IMG/VR virus record: IMGVR_UViG_3300037043_000387
Coordinates: 1 to 51,894 of that record
Length of the DNA: 51,894 nucleotides
Reading direction: 5' to 3' (one strand)
Origin: a virus
Lineage: Duplodnaviria; Caudoviricetes
Shown: one piece after another, positions 1 through 7,604 of the stretch
Layout of the letters: each line of letters opens with the position of its first letter
Numbering within the stretch: the stretch's first letter is position 1
The notes under the pieces: generated by a model
Seen by the model: only the letters and a program-made list of their open reading frames with translations
Databases searched by the model: none
Told to the model about the DNA's origin: nothing
Translations under genes and position numbers: made by a program

Positions 1-336
1 TTACTTCGATTTTAAAAACCTCGCAAATGCTTTCAAAATATCAACAATAAACCATCGACCGGCAGGGGGTAGGCTGCTAAACAGACGAAGCATGCTTGTC
101 TCTGGCTTTAACAGGTCGTCCATTATGGGTCGATAGAATTCGGATATGTCAATTTCAAGAGCGGTGGCCAGGCGAGCAACCGCCTCTTTCCCTGCTGATC
201 TGGCTCCGGACTCTATTTGTCCGAGGTTGTGAACCTCGGAGAGATCGGTAAGTTCTGCTTGGGTCAAGCCGCGGATGTGGCGCAGGCGAATCAGATTTGC
301 CCTAAAACGGGCATCGATGTCTAGTTTTGTAACCAT
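1..336 (-). CDS. XRE-family HTH transcriptional regulator
   Basis: NLIRLRHIRGLTQAEL...GQIESGARS...ARLATALEI is an HTH_3-type motif. Confidence 0.85.
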   Translation of the reverse strand: MVTKLDIDARFRANLIRLRHIRGLTQAELTDLSEVHNLGQIESGARSAGKEAVARLATALEIDISEFYRPIMDDLLKPETSMLRLFSSLPPAGRWFIVDILKAFARFLKSK

Positions 337-554
337 CTCACTATGTATCGGCTGGAGAATGGTTTTAGTAAACCGTTCAAATGGTTATCAATTTGATATT
401 AATTCATATAAACATTCATTATATTTCATATTTAAAACGGTCGTTGTCACCAAAATGATAATAATTCTAATTAGCGCGATTGTTACGGTACTTCTGGCGG
501 TATTGAAAATGCTTATATCCGCCCTTGTTGCAAAATACTGTACACGGAGGAAAT

Positions 555-710
555 ATGAACGATCTGACAGATACCGAGAAGATATCACTCCTGAGACGAT
601 TTGTGAGACAACGATTTCCGTTGCCGGTTTTGCTGCTACTGGTAGTTTCAGTGGTTGAGCCGATGGCGGGATCGACGTTGTGTGCCAGGTATATCAATCA
701 ACAGCAATAG
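555..710 (+). CDS. small hydrophobic hypothetical protein
   Basis: GGAGG RBS before ATG 555; hydrophobic LPVLLLLVVSVV; followed by a hairpin. Confidence 0.45.
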   Translation: MNDLTDTEKISLLRRFVRQRFPLPVLLLLVVSVVEPMAGSTLCARYINQQQ

Positions 711-718
711 ACCATGAG

Positions 719-736
719 GGCCGGAGCGATCCGGCC
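719..736. terminator. hairpin between convergent genes, probable terminator
   Basis: GGCCGGA-GCGA-TCCGGCC. Confidence 0.5.
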
Positions 737-737
737 T

Positions 738-1181
738 TTACTTTTGACCCTTCCTGTCCAGTTCTTCCAGTATATCCGCCACGTCATTAATGATTTTCCC
801 CGCCTCAATTAATTGGTGCCCCTTGTCAAGTTTTGCCAGCTCCTCGATAACCTGTTCTGCCACTGAAGGCATGATTCCGCATTGCTTGAAATATTCCAGC
901 GCTGCTTCTTTGACGGATCCTGATCCTGTTTTTGCGTAGGACAGGTTCGTGACTTCTGGTGGCCGCTTGGGCTCAAACATTTCACCTTCGCCGGTTTCCC
1001 ACCAAGTGTCGCTGATCCGGTAATACTGTCGCAGGAGGGTGATCAGGGTTTCGGAGGGCTCTTTTCCACCCGACTCTATAGCGGATATGTAACCGCCGGC
1101 GACTCGTAATGGCGCGGAAAACTCAACTTGGGTGAGCCTGAGTGCTTTTCTGATTGCTTTAATTTTGACGTTTGTATTCAA
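738..1181 (-). CDS. CI-like phage repressor (XRE HTH; no S24 peptidase domain seen)
   Basis: KIKAIRKALRLTQVEFS...YISAIESG...WWETGEGEMF; divergent from cro-like gene. Confidence 0.85.
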   Translation of the reverse strand: MNTNVKIKAIRKALRLTQVEFSAPLRVAGGYISAIESGGKEPSETLITLLRQYYRISDTWWETGEGEMFEPKRPPEVTNLSYAKTGSGSVKEAALEYFKQCGIMPSVAEQVIEELAKLDKGHQLIEAGKIINDVADILEELDRKGQK

Positions 1182-1188
1182 AGAAAGT

Positions 1189-1260
1189 TACCTTAGATGT
1201 TAAAAATAGCGAAAAAGCTATTGACAGCTTAACTCAGATGAATTATTCTTATCTCAGATG
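1189..1260. promoter_or_regulatory. lysis/lysogeny switch: PR-like sigma70 promoter plus three operators
   Basis: TTGACA 1221-1226, 17-bp spacer, TATTCT 1244-1249; repeats TACCTTAGATG 1189-1199, TAACTCAGATG 1230-1240, TATCTCAGATG 1250-1260 (imperfect CATCTnAGATG palindrome). Confidence 0.8.
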
Positions 1261-1316
1261 TTGTGGATAGTATATTTATTATCGTAAATATATACCAAAT
1301 TACAGTGAGTTGCGCA

Positions 1317-1547
1317 ATGAAGATCGATTATCAAGCTACAAAACAAAATATTTTTGATACGGGGCGGACCGTTGCGGGATGGTCCAGGCTGCATGGTTTG
1401 AATGCTAAATCAGTGGCGGTGTTCCTCGTCGGTAAGTTTGTGACGAATAATCCTGGATCCGGGATTTATGCCCAGATAGTTACGGCGTTGAAAGAGGATG
1501 GCTTTCTGGTCCAACTGCCGGAAGATGATCACGACCAGGCTGCATAA
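1317..1547 (+). CDS. Cro-like DNA-binding protein
   Basis: First gene after PR, 76 aa, GRTVAGWSRLHGL helix-turn-helix-like, ends DQAA. Confidence 0.7.
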   Translation: MKIDYQATKQNIFDTGRTVAGWSRLHGLNAKSVAVFLVGKFVTNNPGSGIYAQIVTALKEDGFLVQLPEDDHDQAA

Positions 1548-1565
1548 TTCATAATTATGTTGAAC
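1547..1565. promoter_or_regulatory. RTTCA-N9-TGAAC palindrome, copy 1
   Basis: ATTCA TAATTATGT TGAAC; five intergenic copies in the window. Confidence 0.7.
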
Positions 1566-1615
1566 AGCCTATCAGCCTATTCGCTACTCGCAAAATACTG
1601 AAAGGGGACAGTGCA

Positions 1616-1903
1616 ATGTGTCTGGAAATGCCTACTGGATTAACAACTTGTCAAAGCGTGAAGTCCTCAGCCATTTGCCACTGTTGCGGAAAGAGGTCGA
1701 GGCCGGTAGAGACTGATAGCGACGGAGAGCCTGATGTGTTGAGCTTGCCCCATGGTTGGTCACAAGCGCCCTTTCCCTGTGACCACAAGCATGCTGATGG
1801 GTCCGTAGGCTCGCAGTATACGTGTCCGGCCTGCAATAAGCGCTTGAATCGTGGCGAAACAGTTCGGATGCGGAACGGTTTGACTTGCCGGTTGTGGAGG
1901 TAG
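1616..1903 (+). CDS. hypothetical Zn-binding protein
   Basis: CHCCG and CPAC motifs; GGGG RBS. Confidence 0.6.
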   Translation: MCLEMPTGLTTCQSVKSSAICHCCGKRSRPVETDSDGEPDVLSLPHGWSQAPFPCDHKHADGSVGSQYTCPACNKRLNRGETVRMRNGLTCRLWR

Positions 1904-1905
1904 CT

Positions 1906-2154
1906 ATGCCTAGAATCTCGCAGTGTCAAAAAGAAATGATGGAAGCCATTGGCGAACTGGAGCCGGTTTCAATTTCCCGGCTAGGGGTTACAAGGCGATC
2001 GTTCAGGACATTCAGCATCCTTGTCAAGGAAGGCCTGGTTGAATATTACAGTCGCGGAATGTTCGGGGTTAATTGGAAACTGAGTGATAAGGGGCGCAGG
2101 TTTGTTCCTGTTGCTGGAATGAGACAGGGCGTTAAGGCCGCTTTGGGAGAGTAG
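1906..2154 (+). CDS. hypothetical, possible winged-helix protein
   Basis: GGAGG RBS; LVKEGLVE...WKLSDKGR resembles a wHTH wing. Confidence 0.55.
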   Translation: MPRISQCQKEMMEAIGELEPVSISRLGVTRRSFRTFSILVKEGLVEYYSRGMFGVNWKLSDKGRRFVPVAGMRQGVKAALGE

Positions 2155-2178
2155 CAAAATGCGAAAAAAGGACGGTGC

Positions 2179-2757
2179 GTGATGGACCTGCAAAAATATT
2201 GTTCCAAGGATGCTGAAAATTACGGCATGGACAAACCCTTTACCCAAGGAGACATGACATGGGCAACAAACGGATGGGTGGCAATCGGCGTACCCGCCAT
2301 CTCGGGTGTGTCTGAGAACGATATCTCTCCGATCATGGACAAATTGAGCAAGCCCGGAGGCGAAGAGACTTGGTTTGATTTACCAGAAATCAGTGTTGAT
2401 ACCTGTGAAGTTTGTCAAGGCAAAGTCGGGGGAATTGAATGTTATGAATGCAAAGGCCATGGACACGTCGCACTGAAACACGACTATGGCAAGGGCTATA
2501 CGATGTATGAAGGCATCGTGTGCGGCTCATGCGAGGGTGAAGGAACAGTTTCCATTTGCCCGTTTTGTTCCGAAACGGGTGTCGACACAACAAAGGGCAT
2601 GTTAATCATTGGCCAAGCTAAATTCAAGCAAAACGCTCTGTGGATGATTAAGGACTTGCCCGGTATTCAGATTGCCCCGACAGGCCCGACAACCTTCGCA
2701 TATCTCAAGTTTGACGGCGGCCGGGGGTATTTGATGCCGGGGGTCAGTTCTAAATAA
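2179..2757 (+). CDS. phage protein with DnaJ-like CxxCxGxG zinc fingers
   Basis: CEVCQG, CYECKGHG, CGSCEGEG, CPFC. Confidence 0.75.
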   Translation: MMDLQKYCSKDAENYGMDKPFTQGDMTWATNGWVAIGVPAISGVSENDISPIMDKLSKPGGEETWFDLPEISVDTCEVCQGKVGGIECYECKGHGHVALKHDYGKGYTMYEGIVCGSCEGEGTVSICPFCSETGVDTTKGMLIIGQAKFKQNALWMIKDLPGIQIAPTGPTTFAYLKFDGGRGYLMPGVSSK

Positions 2758-2767
2758 GGAGGTCGCT

Positions 2768-2884
2768 ATGCCCTATGACGAGGATTGGCCGTTGGTTTTG
2801 CCTGGTGAGGAAGAAACCGTTGACGAGTGGATGCGCAGGGTTGAGGTTGCATGCCCTGGAATGAGTAGTGAGATTCCATTTTAA
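2768..2884 (+). CDS. 38-aa acidic peptide ending ...SEIPF
   Basis: TAAGGAGG RBS; MPYDEDWPLVLPGEEETVDEWMRRVEVACPGMSSEIPF; read manually, below the ORF-track cutoff. Confidence 0.55.
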   Translation: MPYDEDWPLVLPGEEETVDEWMRRVEVACPGMSSEIPF

Positions 2885-2905
2885 GTTGTCGCTGAGGAGG
2901 ATGCT

Positions 2906-3181
2906 GTGGGTAGAAACAAGATTGAAAGGATGTGTTACGGCAATAGCACCTATGTCGCGAAGCGCGATGCTTTAATTCCTGATGCTGAGGCGTTTTGCGA
3001 CAACAAACTGAAGGTCGTGGACAAGAAAGACCGGTCAAACGACTGGACGCGGTTATTTATGGTCACCATGGACCGGATGTGGCGCTTGAAGCAACTGACG
3101 GATATGTCCGAGCACATGACGGTGGAGCTGGCTCGGATCCACGTGGAGCAGGCGGCCCTGCAGGAGCAACTGGGATGTTAG
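2906..3181 (+). CDS. hypothetical phage protein
   Basis: GAGGAGG RBS, tight operon packing. Confidence 0.65.
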   Translation: MGRNKIERMCYGNSTYVAKRDALIPDAEAFCDNKLKVVDKKDRSNDWTRLFMVTMDRMWRLKQLTDMSEHMTVELARIHVEQAALQEQLGC

Positions 3182-3396
3182 TTCAGTGTGAACGGATTGT
3201 TGATGGGTTTCTATCCAACGGCACTCCCAGGAGTGTGGAATACCGGAAGGGATGTTTGGCGGTGTTTCTGTTCCGGGATGGAGGGATTTGTATTCCTCAT
3301 CCGTTTGCCATGGGGACGGTCGAGGCGGATGCCTATTACGCGGGTATTGAACGCGGCCACCATGAGTGGGCTAAAAAAAGAATGGAGCCGAAATGA
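3175..3396 (+). CDS. hypothetical phage protein
   Basis: Overlaps neighbours; PRSVEYRKG...FAMGTVEADAYYAGIERG. Confidence 0.65.
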   Translation: MLVQCERIVDGFLSNGTPRSVEYRKGCLAVFLFRDGGICIPHPFAMGTVEADAYYAGIERGHHEWAKKRMEPK

Positions 3397-3599
3397 TTAT
3401 TGAACATGTTTTGACGACGGAGACGGTGGTGCCTGACCTGGCTTCATTTATGAGGCAACACCCTCACGCGCAGATTTTGAGGGTTGACGGCCGGGAGTGT
3501 TTTGGGAAGTGCGCGACGTGCGGGACGCCGATCCTGGCCGGTGATCAATACATCCAGTGGAATACCGGAATTCTTACTTGCGGCGATTGCAGAGGTTGA
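3393..3599 (+). CDS. small Zn-ribbon protein
   Basis: CATCG...CGDC; ATGA overlap with upstream gene. Confidence 0.6.
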   Translation: MIIEHVLTTETVVPDLASFMRQHPHAQILRVDGRECFGKCATCGTPILAGDQYIQWNTGILTCGDCRG

Positions 3600-3600
3600 T

Positions 3601-3804
3601 ATGGCAAGAACTCTGAGCAAAGAAGACGTTGCGGCCGTGGCAGCTGAGGTCGTGAGGCAGATCCGGCCGATGTTGGGTATTGAGGGTCACGTTGTTGATT
3701 ACTCCGAAGATGAACGGGTGAGCGGCCGGCGCGGCGCGGAAATTTCCGCCCAGGCCCAGGCTGTTGTGGCTCAAATGAGGGGGCGTCGTGGCAATGGTGG
3801 TTGA
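3601..3804 (+). CDS. hypothetical protein
   Basis: GAGG RBS; MARTLSKEDVAAVAAEVVRQI. Confidence 0.6.
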   Translation: MARTLSKEDVAAVAAEVVRQIRPMLGIEGHVVDYSEDERVSGRRGAEISAQAQAVVAQMRGRRGNGG

Positions 3805-3955
3805 GTGTATGTGCTGTCACAGCCGTTTGGGGTTGAAGAGTTCCGAGGGCGGCCGGAGTACGGTTACGGGCGGGATCTGTGAGCGGTGCCTGGATCTTCA
3901 TTATCCGCTGTATGCGGGACGGGTGCGAATGCTGCGGATGCAGCAGGCGGCGTGA
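3794..3955 (+). CDS. small Zn-binding protein
   Basis: MVVECMCC...TGGICERC, 53 aa, read manually. Confidence 0.55.
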   Translation: MVVECMCCHSRLGLKSSEGGRSTVTGGICERCLDLHYPLYAGRVRMLRMQQAA

Positions 3956-3968
3956 GAGGGGTGTGAAC

Positions 3969-4118
3969 GTGGACGCAGATCTATTTACCCTTGGTGAGGT
4001 TATTCTTTGGTGCGTTGTTTCCGCGATAGTCAGTCCGGTGTTGTGCTGCATGATCCGGGCAACGTGGCGGCTGCGGCGCGATCGGTTTTTGTCCAGGAAC
4101 TTCGGAGGGCATTTCTAA
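3969..4118 (+). CDS. small membrane protein
   Basis: Hydrophobic VILWCVVSAIVSPVLCCMI; GAGAGGGG RBS. Confidence 0.45.
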   Translation: MDADLFTLGEVILWCVVSAIVSPVLCCMIRATWRLRRDRFLSRNFGGHF

Positions 4119-4297
4119 TGCGGAAATATCACAGTGTTTGTCCTGGGTGCGGTAGGTCGATCGAACGGGCCTATGGTGAGATGGGCGAGGGGTTGCTGTA
4201 CGAGGATGGCTGTCAGTGCCGGGTAGAGTTGGCGCTGGGGGATTGGGCGGCGATTGGTTTGGTTTTGCTGGCCTGTTTGGTTTTGGCGGTGGGGTGA
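4118..4297 (+). CDS. small protein with CxxC and C-terminal TM helix
   Basis: CPGCG; WAAIGLVLLACLVLAVG; TAATG coupling. Confidence 0.5.
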   Translation: MRKYHSVCPGCGRSIERAYGEMGEGLLYEDGCQCRVELALGDWAAIGLVLLACLVLAVG

Positions 4298-4300
4298 GAC

Positions 4301-4762
4301 ATGACATTCATTGAAGCGGTACAGGCATTAAAGGACAAAAAATGCAGGGGTATCAAGCGACTTGATTGGGGTGACAGTTCTGTTGTGTGGCTGATGGGTA
4401 TGGAAAGTCTGTGTATTTGTGACCTTAACGCCATTGGGGATCCTGACCATCCTTCAAGAGAAATGTATTCCCCGTGTTCGTTTGCTGTTCTCGCTGATGA
4501 TTGGACGACGGTTAATCAGAGGCTTCCTGATGGGTTATTTTCTCAGGTACCAGATGCTGAATCTGTGGCGTTTCAACTCGGTATCATGCGGAACGTAGAG
4601 CGCGAAATCCCAAAACGCAAACGGAAGTCAACTCAGAATTGGGTGCTTGTTCAGGATTACCTGCTCGGGCACACATCAAAGGGCGGCAGTACCTCATGTT
4701 GTATTCACTGCCGATGGATGGGCGTTGATCCTGACGGCTACACATTTCGTGGTGAAATATAA
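4301..4762 (+). CDS. apparent two-part protein; N-terminal half DUF2829/Tad2-like
   Basis: MTFIEAVQALK...IKRLDW...YSP...VLADDW, then an unrelated-looking C-terminal half; stop codon lies in ATATAAC. Confidence 0.55.
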   Translation: MTFIEAVQALKDKKCRGIKRLDWGDSSVVWLMGMESLCICDLNAIGDPDHPSREMYSPCSFAVLADDWTTVNQRLPDGLFSQVPDAESVAFQLGIMRNVEREIPKRKRKSTQNWVLVQDYLLGHTSKGGSTSCCIHCRWMGVDPDGYTFRGEI

Positions 4763-4793
4763 CGGCTTGGCGGGTGACGGCCAAGGAGAAACC

Positions 4794-4934
4794 ATGCAAC
4801 CGAGATCAGATGAAAAAGTAGAATGTTCGCACTGTAATTACCTTTTTTCAGTTTGGGACCCGGCTTGTTTCTCCTTTGAAAAACTCAATGCTGTTAGGTT
4901 TTGCCCTCAATGTGGGCGCGTATTGTCGGTTTAA
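4794..4934 (+). CDS. small Zn-ribbon protein
   Basis: AAGGAG RBS; CSHC...FCPQCG; stop codon lies in GTTTAAC. Confidence 0.6.
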   Translation: MQPRSDEKVECSHCNYLFSVWDPACFSFEKLNAVRFCPQCGRVLSV

Positions 4935-4953
4935 CCAGCGAGGGGGAATCGAA

Positions 4954-5346
4954 ATGGACTCAACAGCGATGCAGCTCCACAATAGAGCCACAAGGCGCGA
5001 ATCCTGTGAGGATGTGCTTGGTTGCCTCGGCATAGGGAATGCTGAGAGATTGAACCACCTGGCGAATGATGCTGATTTTGAGGCCGCAACCGCCGGAATC
5101 ATACTGGAGTCTATCCGCGACGGAGTGTTTGCCACCAGTGAGAGCCAGCGGCCTGTATTCATACAGGCCGATATCCTGCCGGAATCCGACATGACCGTTC
5201 TGATTTGTATGCCAGAATCGGACAATCCCGTATCGGTAGGATTCCATGATGGCGAGGCATGGTTTGATTACAACGGGGCTCCTCTGACAGGCAGAAACGC
5301 TGTGAACCACTGGATGATGTTGCCTGAGCCAATGGGGGAACTATGA
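4954..5346 (+). CDS. DUF551-like phage protein
   Basis: LPESDMTVLI...VNHWMMLPEP. Confidence 0.7.
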   Translation: MDSTAMQLHNRATRRESCEDVLGCLGIGNAERLNHLANDADFEAATAGIILESIRDGVFATSESQRPVFIQADILPESDMTVLICMPESDNPVSVGFHDGEAWFDYNGAPLTGRNAVNHWMMLPEPMGEL

Positions 5347-5540
5347 GAAAACTGATTTTGGCGGCTTGCTGCATTAGCTTGTTATCTGGTTGCAGCGTGA
5401 CCAAAAATGATATTTCCTATGCAACATCTCTCTGTCGAGAGAACGGTGGGATAGAGGTTATTAGGTTGGACGGCCTTCGATTCCGGACTGTTACTTGCGG
5501 CAATGGGGCCACTTTCAGCTATTCACACGATTTCAGATAA
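5343..5540 (+). CDS. small lipoprotein (putative first integron cassette gene, reverse orientation)
   Basis: Lipobox LLSGC; body lies between GTTATCT (5381) and AGATAAC (5535). Confidence 0.7.
   Translation: MRKLILAACCISLLSGCSVTKNDISYATSLCRENGGIEVIRLDGLRFRTVTCGNGATFSYSHDFR
5368..5388 (-). mobile_element. attC-like arm (L''-spacer-R'')
   Basis: Plus strand GCTGCATT-AGCTT-GTTATCT; the core is the exact complement of the attI-like core; partner arm not adjacent. Confidence 0.45.
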
Positions 5541-5573
5541 CAATGATTGGACCGCTTCTATGCAGTCTATCTC
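5534..5573 (-). mobile_element. attI-like integron recombination site
   Basis: Minus strand GAGATAGACTGCATAGAAGCG-GTCCAAT-CATT-GTTATCTG: L-like box, short spacer, GTT core; directly 5' of and divergent from intI, as in canonical integrons. Confidence 0.55.
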
Positions 5574-5615
5574 CATCACGTGATTTTAACTCAATGTGTT
5601 GAAAGGAGTCGGAAA

Positions 5616-6632
5616 ATGAACACTAAACCTGTTGAACAAACCTTGCATTCGCAAAACCAGCAGAAGCCTCGTGTTCTTGACCTGATCCGCAATACGTGCC
5701 GGGTTAAGGGGTACAGTCCGAAAACGGCAGGCACCTATGGAGATTGGGTTAAGCGGTTTTCCTTTTTTCATGGTCGACGTCCGCTATCGGAGATGGGCGA
5801 GGTTGAGATTGAGGCGTTTTTGACTCATCTGGCGATTGATCACAATGTTGCACCTGCCACACAGAACCAGGCGTTAAATGCTCTGGTCTTCCTCTATAAG
5901 CACATCATTCCCAAACAAATCGGAAATATCGACGCCGTGAGGTCGAAGAAAACAAAGCGGTTGCCGACTGTTTTTACCCGGTCGGAGGTGTCGGCCGTTT
6001 TTCAGCATCTGTATGGCGCAGACAGGATTATGGCCTCTTTGCTCTATGGGTGTGGATTGCGGCTGAATGAATGTCTGCAATTGCGGGTGAAAGATGTCGA
6101 TTTCGAGCGACAGACGGTAACTGTCCGTGAGGGTAAGGGGAGTAAGGATCGGGTGGTGATGTTGCCCGCGGTTGTTTGCGGACCGCTGAAGGCTCACCTG
6201 GAGAGCGTGGCGGAGGTGCACAGACAGGATGTTGCGAACGGGATCGGTGTTTCCCTTCCTGGCGCTTTGCACAAGAAGTACCCGAAGGCTCCTTTTGCCT
6301 GGGGTTGGTTTTACATTTTCCCGGCTCGAAAGGTTTGCACTGATCCGCGTTGGGCTCCAAACGGGCCGGTGCGGCATCATATCCATGAGACTGTTTTGCA
6401 GCGCTCGGTAAAGGAGGCGGTTGGAAAGTCGCAGATCGTCAAGCCCGGCGGTTGTCATACCTTCCGGCATTCGTTTGCGACTCACTTGCTGGAGGATGGT
6501 TACGATATCCGGACCGTCCAGGAGTTGTTGGGTCATGCGGATGTGCGGACTACGATGATTTATACCCATGTGATGGGTAAGGGGTGCTCCGTGCGGAGCC
6601 CAATGGACAAAATGGAGGTTTGTCATGCCTGA
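5616..6632 (+). CDS. intI: integron integrase (tyrosine recombinase, IntI family)
   Basis: N-terminal YSPKT..Y..WV..F...IEAFLTHLA...TQNQALNAL; LLYGCGLR; GKGSKDR; integron-specific insertion VSLPGALHKKYPKAPFAWGWFYIFPA; HTFRHSFATHLL; LLGH...TTMIYTHV; AAAGGAG RBS. Confidence 0.95.
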   Translation: MNTKPVEQTLHSQNQQKPRVLDLIRNTCRVKGYSPKTAGTYGDWVKRFSFFHGRRPLSEMGEVEIEAFLTHLAIDHNVAPATQNQALNALVFLYKHIIPKQIGNIDAVRSKKTKRLPTVFTRSEVSAVFQHLYGADRIMASLLYGCGLRLNECLQLRVKDVDFERQTVTVREGKGSKDRVVMLPAVVCGPLKAHLESVAEVHRQDVANGIGVSLPGALHKKYPKAPFAWGWFYIFPARKVCTDPRWAPNGPVRHHIHETVLQRSVKEAVGKSQIVKPGGCHTFRHSFATHLLEDGYDIRTVQELLGHADVRTTMIYTHVMGKGCSVRSPMDKMEVCHA

Positions 6633-7017
6633 AATAATCGGAGGTGGTTCGTATGCGGATCTGCTTGATTCGGTGCCGAACATGACTGAGGCCTTGCGGC
6701 GCTGCTACCTACTTGCGGGCCAGGCGCCGGAGTCAGCCGCTTGGGAATTGAAAATTGATTACTGCCATTTCTCACGGATGATGCGGTCTACTGATTCACG
6801 CTCTTTCCCGCCGGATAAGATCGAGCTGCTGATGAAGCGGATGGGTAATCAGTTTCCCCTGGATTGGCTGGCACATCGAATGGGCCTGGTCTGTTATCCG
6901 CTGGAGTTGATGCAGGTGCTGGATGGGATTAAGGCGGCGCTGCAGGCTGAGGGGCGGCCGGCGAAGTTTGCGGTTGCGGAGCTGCTGCGGGCCGTCGAGA
7001 GCTTGCGGGCGGCATAG
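6625..7017 (+). CDS. phage CII-like regulatory protein
   Basis: AAWELKIDYCHFSRMM...FPPDKIELLM...GNQFPLDWLAHRMG; overlaps intI stop. Confidence 0.65.
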   Translation: MPEIIGGGSYADLLDSVPNMTEALRRCYLLAGQAPESAAWELKIDYCHFSRMMRSTDSRSFPPDKIELLMKRMGNQFPLDWLAHRMGLVCYPLELMQVLDGIKAALQAEGRPAKFAVAELLRAVESLRAA

Positions 7018-7018
7018 T

Positions 7019-7216
7019 ATGGGGTCCGGGCGGGAAATAAAACCTACTCAGAAGTCGCCGTGTGAGTGGTGTGCGGCTGCCAGGGAGTGCGACAGCGAGA
7101 GGCGAACGGATGTAAAGGCAAAGTTTGTCGTCTCTCGTTACAGCGGAGGTTTGCTGTATCACTGCCCTGAGCATGAGCCGATCTGGTTTAAGGGTATAGA
7201 GGGGTGTGCGCCGTAG
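7019..7216 (+). CDS. small Cys-rich hypothetical protein
   Basis: CEWC...C...HCPEH. Confidence 0.45.
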   Translation: MGSGREIKPTQKSPCEWCAAARECDSERRTDVKAKFVVSRYSGGLLYHCPEHEPIWFKGIEGCAP

Positions 7217-7240
7217 GAAGGCAAGGATGAAGGTTGAAGT

Positions 7241-7579
7241 ATGAATTATGAAGGAGGTGAGGTGGTGACGGCGGTTAAGGTGATTACGACTGAGGACAAA
7301 CAGCGTGCGGTTTTGTTGACAATCGGGCTGTGCTGCATTGAGGCCGTGATGAAATTGGAAAAACCTTCGAGTTTTGTTCACAACAAACTGAATGCGGCCT
7401 GTACGGCCCTGGCGAGGGCGACCGATGATTATGTCAGTCATTCTTTTCAGGGTGAGAACATGGCGAAGGCCGAGGCGGTGTTTGACGCTACGGAGCGGCA
7501 TGTTCAGCGGTTGTTTCGGTTGCCGAAGGTGAAAAAAGAGCGGGTGAGAGGCCGGGACGGCAGGTTTTTGGCGGCGTGA
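7241..7579 (+). CDS. hypothetical protein (start may be GTG near 7265)
   Basis: AAGGAGGTG RBS; C-terminal RGRDGRF. Confidence 0.65.
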   Translation: MNYEGGEVVTAVKVITTEDKQRAVLLTIGLCCIEAVMKLEKPSSFVHNKLNAACTALARATDDYVSHSFQGENMAKAEAVFDATERHVQRLFRLPKVKKERVRGRDGRFLAA

Positions 7580-7604
7580 TTATTACGGATAAGGAGGTTT
7601 CAGC

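Noticed and set aside
4856-4874. GGGACCC-GGCTT-GTTTCTC as the partner attC arm for 4757
   Set aside because: Only GGGT/ACCC pairs well and the core does not match a neighbouring AAC core; too weak to call.
5874-6683. 269-aa minus-strand ORF opposite intI
   Set aside because: Typical antisense shadow of an integrase gene; no RBS or motif support.
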